64,000 nucleotides of DNA from Clostridia bacterium. Lineage in GTDB: Bacteria; Bacillota; Clostridia; Christensenellales; CAG-138. Made by a program: the position numbers and the translations under genes. The stretch spans positions 206 through 64,205 of the forward strand of contig JAFOTD010000073.1 in NCBI GenBank assembly GCA_017388175.1, read 5' to 3'. This document shows, in pieces, positions 1 to 7,438 of this stretch; positions within the stretch are counted from its first letter, which is position 1; each line of letters starts with the position of its first letter. Under the pieces are notes generated by a model that searched no databases, was not told the DNA's origin, and saw only the letters and a program-made list of their open reading frames with translations.

Positions 1-1198
1 TTCGCAGGGTCTGCGCATCTCCGACAGCAAAGCGCGGTTCTTGGGTCACTCCATTGAACTCGATGTTGCGCCCGACATGCTCGGCCGCGTTTTCGACGGC
101 ATGGGCAAGCCAAAGGACGGCGGTCCCGCGCTGATCGCCGAAAAGCATCTCGACATCAACGGCACAGCAATGAACCCCGCCGCGCGCGACTATCCGTCCG
201 AGTTCATTCAGACGGGCATTTCCGCGATCGACGGACTCAATACACTTGTACGCGGACAGAAGCTCCCCGTGTTCTCCGGCAGCGGTCTTCCGCACGCAAA
301 TCTCGCCGCACAGATCGCGCGTCAGGCAAAGGTTTTGGGCAGCGACGAGAAGTTTGCTGTCGTTTTCGCCGCTGTCGGCATCACGTTCGAGGAAGCAGAC
401 TTCTTCATCAACGACTTCCGTGAGACCGGCGCGATCGAGCGTACGGTCACGTTCATCAACCTTGCGAACGACCCGGCGATCGAACGTATTTCCACGCCGC
501 GTATGGCGATCACCGCGGCGGAGTATCTTGCGTACGACCTCGGCATGCAGGTGCTCGTTATCATTACGGACATCACGAACTACGCGGAAGCGCTGCGTGA
601 AGTCTCCGCTGCGCGTAAGGAAGTTCCCGGCCGCCGCGGCTATCCGGGCTATATGTACACCGACCTTGCAACGATGTATGAGCGCGCCGGCCGTATCCGC
701 GGCAACAAGGGATCGATCACGATGATTCCGATCCTGTCGATGCCGGAGGACGACGTTACCCATCCGATTCCTGACCTGACTGGTTACATCACTGAGGGAC
801 AGATTATTCTTTCCCGTGAGCTGTACCGCAAGGGTCTGACCCCGCCGATCAACGTTCTGCCGTCGCTTTCCCGTCTGAAGGATAAGGGCATCGGAAAGGG
901 CAAGACGCGTGAAGACCACGCCGATACGATGAACCAGCTCTTCTCGGCGTATTCACGCGGAAAGGACGCAAAGGAGCTCGCGGTTATCCTCGGCGACGCG
1001 GCGCTGTCCGATACGGATAAGCTCTACGCCAAGTTTGCGGACGAGTTCGAGGCAAGATACGTTTCGCAGGGGTATTACACCAACCGTTCCATCGAGGAAA
1101 CGCTGAACCTCGGCTGGGAGCTTTTAAGGATCCTGCCGAAGTCCGAGCTCAAGCGTATCAAGGACGTCTATATCGAAAAATACTACGAGGAGGCGTAA
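1..1198 (+). CDS. ntpB: V-type (A/V) ATP synthase subunit B, 5'-truncated by the window edge
   Basis: The frame is open to nt 2 ([13 protein letters not shown] precedes the listed ORF). Motifs [14 protein letters not shown] and [22 protein letters not shown] are typical of the non-catalytic B subunit. A subunit D gene follows directly. Confidence 0.93.
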   Translation, partial: SQGLRISDSKARFLGHSIELDVAPDMLGRVFDGMGKPKDGGPALIAEKHLDINGTAMNPAARDYPSEFIQTGISAIDGLNTLVRGQKLPVFSGSGLPHANLAAQIARQAKVLGSDEKFAVVFAAVGITFEEADFFINDFRETGAIERTVTFINLANDPAIERISTPRMAITAAEYLAYDLGMQVLVIITDITNYAEALREVSAARKEVPGRRGYPGYMYTDLATMYERAGRIRGNKGSITMIPILSMPEDDVTHPIPDLTGYITEGQIILSRELYRKGLTPPINVLPSLSRLKDKGIGKGKTREDHADTMNQLFSAYSRGKDAKELAVILGDAALSDTDKLYAKFADEFEARYVSQGYYTNRSIEETLNLGWELLRILPKSELKRIKDVYIEKYYEEA

Positions 1199-1201
1199 GC
1201 C

Positions 1202-1828
1202 GTGGCGCTGCAGTATAAGCCCACGCGAATGGAGCTCAGCAACCTGAAGAAACGCAGGACGGTTGCCATTCGCGGACACAAAATGATGAAGGATAAGCGC
1301 GATGAGCTTGTGCGCCGCTTCATCATCCTTGCGCGCAAAAATAAGGCGCTGCGTGCGGAAACAGAGAAAAAACTCGGCGAGGCGATGCAATCCTTCGTCC
1401 TTGCCCGCGCAATGATGAGCGGCAACGAGATCGAGGAAGCGCTGATGTACCCTGCGCGCGAGATCAAGGTCGATATGGGCAAACAGAACATTCTCTCCAT
1501 TCCGGTGCCGAAGCTTTCACTCGATACGAAGGACGGCTTTGTGTATCCGTACGGATTCGCCACGACCGGTGCCGATCTTGACGGTGCGGTGCAGGCGCTT
1601 GCGGAGATCCTTCCGCTGATGCTTGAGCTCGCAGAGGTCGAAAAGGCGACGAGCAGGCTGGCGGACGAGATCGAAAAGACCCGTCGCCGCGTAAACGCGC
1701 TTGAATACGTCATGATCCCGCAGTTCGACGCTGCGATCCATGATATCCAGATGAAGCTGGAGGAGAACGAGCGCGGAAACACTTCGCGGCTTATGAAAAC
1801 CAAGGAGATGCTTGCAAAGGAAGCATGA
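1202..1828 (+). CDS. ntpD: V-type ATP synthase subunit D (central stalk)
   Basis: GTG start 3 nt after the ntpB stop. The N-terminus MALQYKPTRMELSNLKKR and the coiled-coil-rich 208-aa product match V/A-ATPase D subunits. Confidence 0.9.
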   Translation: MALQYKPTRMELSNLKKRRTVAIRGHKMMKDKRDELVRRFIILARKNKALRAETEKKLGEAMQSFVLARAMMSGNEIEEALMYPAREIKVDMGKQNILSIPVPKLSLDTKDGFVYPYGFATTGADLDGAVQALAEILPLMLELAEVEKATSRLADEIEKTRRRVNALEYVMIPQFDAAIHDIQMKLEENERGNTSRLMKTKEMLAKEA

Positions 1829-2745
1829 CGGACGTTTTTGCGCTTCTCAAAAACGCGGGCTTCGCGGAGGGCTTCTTGCTTCCCGTCGCTCCCTATACGA
1901 ACTGGACACGCCATCGTAACGATGGCGTGTTTCATCCGAACACGTCGCCGCTCGTCGATGATCCGAAGGAAGCGTATCCGTGGGCAAACGCGATTTTGAT
2001 CTGCGTCATGCCATATACGCCTTACGATGATGAAACGCTTGTCGCATCGTACTATCCGGCGAGCAATCGCGCGTATCATGCGATGAAGCGTCTGCTCGCG
2101 ATGCTGAAGGAGCAGGGGATCCGGGCAGAGCGCGCGGAAACGCCGTATCGCGAGCAGTTGGCTGCTTACGGGGTCGGTTCACGCATGGACAATCAACTGC
2201 TCTATCTGGAGCCGTACGGGACTTATTTCAATCTGCAGGGCGCCATGCTTTCGCTTCCGGAGCCGGTTTCTTATACGCAGCAGTGTGAACCGGTAGAGGT
2301 CTGCAATCATTGCGGACTGTGCAAAACCGTATGTTTCGGCGCGATCAAGGGCGACTATGCATTCGAATGGAAGCGATGCGTACATACGTATCTTGAAGGC
2401 GATCCGATGCCGTACGACGCAATGAAATGGCTTCCGTCGCTGCTTGGATGCATGCGCTGCCAGGCTGTTTGTCCGAAAAATCCGCAGAAAACGGTTCCGA
2501 TCCCGGATGAAATCATACATACGCTTGATCCGGTTGCAATTCTGAGAGGAAACCGAAAGGCGGCAGGGGAGCTGATCGGTAAAAACCTTGCAGGGCCGAA
2601 CCGGCTTTTGCGTCAGGCGATTGTTCTTGCCGCAAACAGAAACCGGGTCGATGCGCTGCCATATCTGCTGAAACTTAAAGAAACCGAAGGCGAGCGCTTT
2701 TCGGCCGAGCTTGATTACGCAATTTCCCTCTTGCAAAAAAGGTAA
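1825..2745 (+). CDS. 4Fe-4S ferredoxin-domain protein, epoxyqueuosine reductase (QueG)-like
   Basis: ATGA start/stop overlap with ntpD. There are two Cys clusters, CNHCGLCKTVC and CMRCQAVCPKNP. The family call rests on motifs only. Confidence 0.5.
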   Translation: MTDVFALLKNAGFAEGFLLPVAPYTNWTRHRNDGVFHPNTSPLVDDPKEAYPWANAILICVMPYTPYDDETLVASYYPASNRAYHAMKRLLAMLKEQGIRAERAETPYREQLAAYGVGSRMDNQLLYLEPYGTYFNLQGAMLSLPEPVSYTQQCEPVEVCNHCGLCKTVCFGAIKGDYAFEWKRCVHTYLEGDPMPYDAMKWLPSLLGCMRCQAVCPKNPQKTVPIPDEIIHTLDPVAILRGNRKAAGELIGKNLAGPNRLLRQAIVLAANRNRVDALPYLLKLKETEGERFSAELDYAISLLQKR

Positions 2746-2759
2746 GATGCGTTTATAAT
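2731..2759 (+). promoter_or_regulatory. sigma-A type promoter TTGCAA-17 nt-TATAAT upstream of the SRP RNA
   Basis: TTGCAA at 2731-2736 and TATAAT at 2754-2759 with a 17-nt spacer. It lies immediately upstream of the SRP RNA 5' end. Confidence 0.6.
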
Positions 2760-2761
2760 GG

Positions 2762-3030
2762 TAGAGCACTAAGCGGGGAGATAGCGGTGCCCTGTACTCG
2801 CAATCCGCTACAGCGAGGCTGAATCCCCGTCCCGAGGCCAATTGTTGTGAGGTAGGTCTCAATACGGAACGTTGATGCGCGGGTCCCGTGCAATCGTACG
2901 CCGTGAACCGTGTCAGATCCTGACGGAAGCAGCACTAAGCGGATAGTACGATGTGCCGCGGGGTTATCTGCGAGGAGTCATCGGTTGAGCGTCCACTCGG
3001 AGCAAGAGGTCGAAGGACGGGTGTGCATGT
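2762..3030 (+). ncRNA. ffs: Signal recognition particle RNA, large Bacillus-type (scRNA/ffs with Alu domain). Ends are approximate (+/-10 nt).
   Basis: The 5' Alu-domain stretch GCACUAAGCGGGGAGAUAGCGGUGCCCUGUACUCGCAAUCCGCU closely parallels B. subtilis scRNA. The domain IV core GUCAGAUCCUGACGGAAGCAGCACUAAG matches the conserved GUCAGGUCC-loop-GGAAGCAGC motif. The 3' GAAGGACGGGUGUGCAU parallels the B. subtilis 3' end. Confidence 0.85.
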
Positions 3031-3041
3031 TTTGAAAATCG

Positions 3042-3069
3042 GAAAGCCGGGCAGGGATGCTCGGCTTTC
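3042..3069 (+). terminator. Hairpin after the SRP RNA (weak terminator or processing hairpin)
   Basis: GAAAGCCG (3042-3049) pairs with CGGCUUUC (3062-3069) around a 12-nt loop. The U-tract is poor. Confidence 0.35.
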
Positions 3070-3090
3070 TCAGCATACGGGAGGTGCAGC

Positions 3091-3753
3091 ATGGAAGATT
3101 TCTCGGTATTTGACATCATCGGGCCGCGTATGACCGGACCTTCGTCCAGCCATACAGCGGGTGCGGTACGCATCGCGTACATTGCAAGACGCTTGATCGG
3201 CACGGAGGTCAGCCGCGTGCATTTTACACTGTACGGTTCTTTTGCGGAAACGGGCAAGGGCCACGGCACGGATAAAGCGCTGATCGGCGGAATTCTGGGC
3301 TTTACGCCGGACGATGAGAGAATTTGCCATGCGTATGAATTTGCCAAGGAACAGGGCGTACAGGTCGATTTTACGTATTCTGACGAGCCGGCGGATCATC
3401 CGAACACGGTCAAGATCGAGGCGACCGACGTGAACGATCGCATGACAGAGGTTGTGGGACGTTCTGTCGGCGGCGGGAACATTCTGATTACGGAAATCAA
3501 CGAGCTTGGCGTCGAGCTGTCCGGCGAATACCCGACGCTGATCGTGAGGCATATGGATGAACCCGGCGTCATTGCCGAGGTTTCGCATGTGCTTGCGCAG
3601 CTTAACGTCAATATCGCGTTTATGCGCGTGTTCCGCCACGGCCGCGGCCGCGACGCGTATATGTGTATCGAGACGGATACGCCCGTCACAAAGGAAATGC
3701 AGACCATCATTCGGCAGCTCTGCAAGGGCATTACCGAGCTGTTCGCAGTATAA
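3091..3753 (+). CDS. sdaAB: L-serine dehydratase (iron-sulfur dependent), beta subunit
   Basis: N-terminus MEDFSVFDIIGPRMTGPSSSHTAGAVRIA plus a C-terminal ACT-like region. SD is GGGAGG. The alpha subunit gene follows. Confidence 0.92.
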   Translation: MEDFSVFDIIGPRMTGPSSSHTAGAVRIAYIARRLIGTEVSRVHFTLYGSFAETGKGHGTDKALIGGILGFTPDDERICHAYEFAKEQGVQVDFTYSDEPADHPNTVKIEATDVNDRMTEVVGRSVGGGNILITEINELGVELSGEYPTLIVRHMDEPGVIAEVSHVLAQLNVNIAFMRVFRHGRGRDAYMCIETDTPVTKEMQTIIRQLCKGITELFAV

Positions 3754-3765
3754 GGAGGAGTGGAT

Positions 3766-4671
3766 ATGCAGTTGGTCGATGCTTTTGAATCCGGCACAAA
3801 GCTTTGCGAGTATTGTACGCAGGAGAGCTGTACGATTGCGGAGGCAATGATCCGCCGAGAGGTTTCCCGCGGAGAGATGATGCGTGACGCGATCTTAAAG
3901 GAAATGCAGGAGAATCTGAACGTCATGCGCGAGTCCGTCCGCATTGGATTGGAAGAGCATGTGGAGACCGTTTCGCATCTTTCCGGCGGTGAAGCAATGC
4001 GGCTGTTCCGCTATGCGAAGTACGATCCTTTTTCCGGCGGAAATACCTGCCGCGCCGCGGCAAGCGCAATGGCGGTCTGCGAAGTGAATTCGTCCATGGG
4101 ACGGATTGTTGCCGCACCGACAGCCGGTGCGAGCGGTATCTTACCAGGCGTTCTGATCGAGTGCGGCATTGAGCGCGGCTGGACCGACGAGCAGCTTGTA
4201 CAGGGGTTGTTTACCGCAGGCGCGGTCGGATTGCTCTTCGCGCAGAACGCTACGATTTCCGGCGCGGACGGCGGCTGTCAGGCGGAGACCGGCGTTGCAA
4301 GCGCGATGGCCGCGGCTGCCATCGTCGAGCTGTCCGGCGGCACACCTGAGCAATCGCTCGACGCTGCGGCGATGACGATCAAAAATATCATGGGACTCGT
4401 TTGCGATCCGGTCGCGGGGCTGGTCGAATGCCCCTGCATCAAAAGAAATGCGCTCGGTGCTGCAAACGCGCTTTTGTGCGCGGATATGGTGCTGTGCGGC
4501 ATTACGAGCCTGATCCCGTTTGACGAAGTCGTATCGGCCATGCTGCAGGTCGGGCGGGATATCCGCAAGGAATACCGGGAAACGGCAAAGGGCGGGCTCG
4601 CCGCCACGCCCACGGGGAAAGCGGTTGCCGAAAAGGTCAAACGCTTTCAAAAGTACGCCGGAGAGTATTGA
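3766..4671 (+). CDS. sdaAA: L-serine dehydratase, alpha subunit
   Basis: The ORF opens at GTG 3760, but ATG 3766 sits 7 nt after AGGAGG. Motifs GGCQAETGVASAMAAAA and CDPVAGLVECPCIKRNA are typical of SdaAA. Confidence 0.92.
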   Translation: MQLVDAFESGTKLCEYCTQESCTIAEAMIRREVSRGEMMRDAILKEMQENLNVMRESVRIGLEEHVETVSHLSGGEAMRLFRYAKYDPFSGGNTCRAAASAMAVCEVNSSMGRIVAAPTAGASGILPGVLIECGIERGWTDEQLVQGLFTAGAVGLLFAQNATISGADGGCQAETGVASAMAAAAIVELSGGTPEQSLDAAAMTIKNIMGLVCDPVAGLVECPCIKRNALGAANALLCADMVLCGITSLIPFDEVVSAMLQVGRDIRKEYRETAKGGLAATPTGKAVAEKVKRFQKYAGEY

Positions 4672-4687
4672 TCTGATATCCCAAAAG

Positions 4688-4716
4688 AAACGAGCACGCG
4701 AAACGCGTGCTCGTTT
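4688..4716. terminator. Bidirectional rho-independent terminator between the convergent sdaAA and zinc-ribbon genes
   Basis: AAACGAGCACGCG-AAA-CGCGUGCUCGUUU is a perfect palindromic stem flanked by A and U runs. Confidence 0.65.
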
Positions 4717-4731
4717 GATTGTTACAGTGAA

Positions 4732-5505
4732 TTAATAACCGTAATAAGGTTCAGTGTAGTCTATTCTTGCAGATTCTCTTCCGAGGTAGTTCATCGGATT
4801 AATTGGCGCGCTCTTGAGCGAAATGTACCATTTGCCGTCGATCTTTACAACGGTGATATACACTTCCTCCGCATCCTCCCAATCCTCGTCGTCGTCATAC
4901 CTGATGCGGCCGGTCAGCTCTTTTGCTTCGGAGATATATTTCTTTGACGTGCCGTATCTGCTCCTGTACCACTCGTTCAGCGACTTCAGATCGTCCTTGT
5001 CCAGCGTTTCACTGTCGTCGATTTTATAGGTGAAGTTCATTTCATCGTCGTCTTCATCCTCATACTCTTCATCGAGCTCTTCCTGCGCTTCCTTCAACGC
5101 ACGCTTGTATTCCGATTTGGTCATGTCGTTCTGCTTCAGCTGATAGCTCAGGACTTCGTCCGGAACGCATGCGTCGATCATGTCCGAGATATTGTGATTC
5201 TGGTATGCCTTGACGAACTTCTTGATGACGCCTTCCGGCGAATTGGATCCGCCGAGCGAGAAGACAAGAATCAGGACGATGGCAAGAACGACTGCCGCGG
5301 CTGCGCCGGCGATGATGCCGATCATAGCCTTTTTGCTGAGGTTGAGCTTCTTGCGCGGAGCCGGCTCGTCATAGCCGAATTCGTCGGGCTGAGGCGCATA
5401 CTGACCGTTCGCGGGTTGCACAGGCTGCGCGCTGTTGGCTGCGCCGCAATTCGGGCAAAACGGGTCGTCATCATTCATGAATTTCCCGCAATTTTTGCAA
5501 TACAT
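4732..5505 (-). CDS. Zinc-ribbon / single-TM membrane protein with an acidic extracytoplasmic domain (paralogue A)
   Basis: N-terminal CxxC-x10-CxxC (MYCKNCGKFMNDDDPFCPNCGAAN), a TM helix IGIIAGAAAAVVLAIVLILVF, and a conserved C-terminal domain ending KIDGKWYIS. SD is GGGGGA. Confidence 0.7.
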   Translation of the reverse strand: MYCKNCGKFMNDDDPFCPNCGAANSAQPVQPANGQYAPQPDEFGYDEPAPRKKLNLSKKAMIGIIAGAAAAVVLAIVLILVFSLGGSNSPEGVIKKFVKAYQNHNISDMIDACVPDEVLSYQLKQNDMTKSEYKRALKEAQEELDEEYEDEDDDEMNFTYKIDDSETLDKDDLKSLNEWYRSRYGTSKKYISEAKELTGRIRYDDDEDWEDAEEVYITVVKIDGKWYISLKSAPINPMNYLGRESARIDYTEPYYGY

Positions 5506-5549
5506 GTTTTTTCCCCCTTACAAATTTGTGTATTCTGTAATACAAGCTT

Positions 5550-5578
5550 ATTTTACTGCATAAGTCGAAAGATGTCAA
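5550..5578 (-). promoter_or_regulatory. sigma-A type promoter TTGACA-17-TAAAAT for paralogue A
   Basis: On the minus strand, TTGACA is at 5578-5573 and TAAAAT at 5555-5550, with a 17-nt spacer. Confidence 0.55.
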
Positions 5579-5649
5579 TTTGCTTAATCGAAAAAATGGA
5601 AACGCGTTTTGAAACGGAATGAACGGAGACTTTACGCGGCACCGCACAC

Positions 5650-5677
5650 AAAAAAGCACGCGAATTGCTTCGCGTGC
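5650..5677 (-). terminator. Rho-independent terminator after paralogue B
   Basis: The minus strand reads GCACGCG-loop-CGCGUGC followed by UUUUUU. Confidence 0.65.
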
Positions 5678-5703
5678 CCTTGATACAGTCTGTTGAACAG
5701 ATA

Positions 5704-6453
5704 TCAATAACTGCCATAGAGAATGCTGTACAGCGGATTAATGGGCGTGTCCTTAAGCGAAATGTACCATTTACCGTTAATCTTCACAACGGTGATTTCG
5801 GACTCATCCGCATCGTCCCAGTCTTCATCTTCAGACTTGGCGCAGACCGTCAATTCTCTTGCCTCGGAGATATATTTCTTGCTGGTACCGAACTGATTTT
5901 TATACCACTCGTTCAGCTCCTTCAGATCATCCTTGTCGAGCACTTCGCTGTCGACAACTTTAACGGTGTATTTCTCCGGCAGATCATCTTCATCCAGATC
6001 TTCCATCTGCTCATCGATTTCTTCCTGAAATTCCTTGATCTTACGCTTATATTCCGATTTGGTCATGTCGTTATCCTTGAGCACGGCGCTTAATACTTCA
6101 TCCGGATATAAGGCGTCAATCACACCTTGAAGGTCACGGTTCTGCTCGGCCTTAACAAAACTCTTGATGACGCCTTCCGGCGAATTGGATCCGCCAAGCG
6201 AGAAGACAAGAATCAGAACGACGGCGAGAACGACTGCCGCGGCTGCACCGGCGATGATGCCGATTTTGGCCTTTTTGCTGAGGTTGAGATTGAGTTTTTT
6301 CTGCGGGGCCTGAGCCGGCTCAAAGCCGGAATCGTCTGCGGGCGCATACTGGTCGTTCGCGGGCTGTGCAGTTACAGCATCGTTGGCTGCGCCGCAGTTC
6401 GGGCAGAACGGATCGTCATCGTTCATGAATTTTCCGCAATTTTTGCAATACAT
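5704..6453 (-). CDS. Zinc-ribbon / single-TM membrane protein (paralogue B)
   Basis: The first 24 aa are identical to paralogue A. It has the same TM helix, GGSNSPEGVIK motif and KINGKWYIS end. Confidence 0.7.
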   Translation of the reverse strand: MYCKNCGKFMNDDDPFCPNCGAANDAVTAQPANDQYAPADDSGFEPAQAPQKKLNLNLSKKAKIGIIAGAAAAVVLAVVLILVFSLGGSNSPEGVIKSFVKAEQNRDLQGVIDALYPDEVLSAVLKDNDMTKSEYKRKIKEFQEEIDEQMEDLDEDDLPEKYTVKVVDSEVLDKDDLKELNEWYKNQFGTSKKYISEARELTVCAKSEDEDWDDADESEITVVKINGKWYISLKDTPINPLYSILYGSY

Positions 6454-6499
6454 GATTTCTCCCCCTTAATGATTTCATCGTATTGGATGATACACAATT

Positions 6500-6528
6500 A
6501 TTCTATAGCAGAAGCACAGCAATGTCAA
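6500..6528 (-). promoter_or_regulatory. sigma-A type promoter TTGACA-17-TAGAAT for paralogue B
   Basis: On the minus strand, TTGACA is at 6528-6523 and TAGAAT at 6505-6500, with a 17-nt spacer. Confidence 0.5.
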
Positions 6529-6593
6529 CGAAAAAGATGTCAAATCACGAAAAACATACCGGACGTTGCTTTATGAATGCGTTGCGCGAACTT

Positions 6594-7262
6594 TTACAGC
6601 GCCAGTTTCGAGAAGACGACTGCTTCGATACGCTTGGCTATTTCCTCGATCGGAAGAAGGATGCCGTTTTCCGAGCAGAGAATCAGTTCGACGTTCGGGA
6701 TGCGTTGCGCGTATTCGGCATATTTCTTACGCGCACGTGCCTGAATTGAGCCGATGCTTTCATAGACGTCGCGCGCATTGCCGATGTATTCGCGAAAGCC
6801 TTTCTTGTCGACGTTTCCGGCTGCGCTCTCGGTGTCCATATCAAGAACCAGATGCAGATCGGGTACGGGAATGCCGAAATGCCCGTGCTCCAGCGTAAGG
6901 CAGAAATCAAGAATATCCGGTTTATCGAGATCGATATCGCGAATGCTTTGATAGACTGCGTTAGAGAGCACGTAGCGGTTGATGAGAAGCACATCTGCGT
7001 CGGAATAATCAAGATTCTTAAAAGCCTCGAAGCGATCCAGCGCGAACCAAAGCGCCATGCTTTTTCCGTCGACCGTGTTTGCGCCGATTCCGTCCTTTGC
7101 GGAAAGATAGCGGCCGACCATCCCGCCGAAAAACGTTTCGTACATGGGGAAAGACAGCTCCATGACCTTGAGCCCGCGTTTTTGCAGCGTATCGGAAAGA
7201 TGCTGCATCTGTACGCTTTTGCCCGTTCCGTCAATGCCTTCAAACGCGATAATCTTTGTCAT
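6594..7262 (-). CDS. Thymidylate kinase family (dTMP kinase-like) P-loop kinase
   Basis: N-terminus MTKIIAFEGIDGTGKSVQ (the FEGxDGxGKS P-loop of the Tmk family). SD GGGAGG lies 7 nt upstream. The lid and C-terminal regions are atypical, so true tmk orthology is uncertain. Confidence 0.6.
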   Translation of the reverse strand: MTKIIAFEGIDGTGKSVQMQHLSDTLQKRGLKVMELSFPMYETFFGGMVGRYLSAKDGIGANTVDGKSMALWFALDRFEAFKNLDYSDADVLLINRYVLSNAVYQSIRDIDLDKPDILDFCLTLEHGHFGIPVPDLHLVLDMDTESAAGNVDKKGFREYIGNARDVYESIGSIQARARKKYAEYAQRIPNVELILCSENGILLPIEEIAKRIEAVVFSKLAL

Positions 7263-7438
7263 GTTGTGACCTCCCGATTTCGTTAATCAAATTATAACAT
7301 AATCGACACGAACGGGCAAGATGATTGTGTCGGGATACGGCAAATCGAAACGAGGCAGGGGAGGCTCGTTCGAAGCCTGACGGATCCGCGCGTGAAAAAC
7401 CTGCGCCGTACGGCGAATACCGCTGCACATTCACAGGT

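Noticed and set aside
1183..2079. A 298-aa minus-strand ORF antisense to ntpD and the QueG-like gene. The same pattern recurs at 24753-25553, 32623-33702, 38094-38705, 44522-region shadows, 55631-56203 and 60625-61311.
   Set aside because: These long stop-free frames lie opposite strongly supported genes in GC-rich DNA. Their products are Arg/Ser/Pro-rich and low-complexity with no SD, which marks them as typical shadow ORFs.
7325..7438. A TTG-initiated N-terminal extension of spoIIE.
   Set aside because: There is no SD, the sequence is charged and non-membrane and unlike SpoIIE N-termini, and ATG codons at 7439 and 7460 are more plausible. The start nevertheless remains uncertain.
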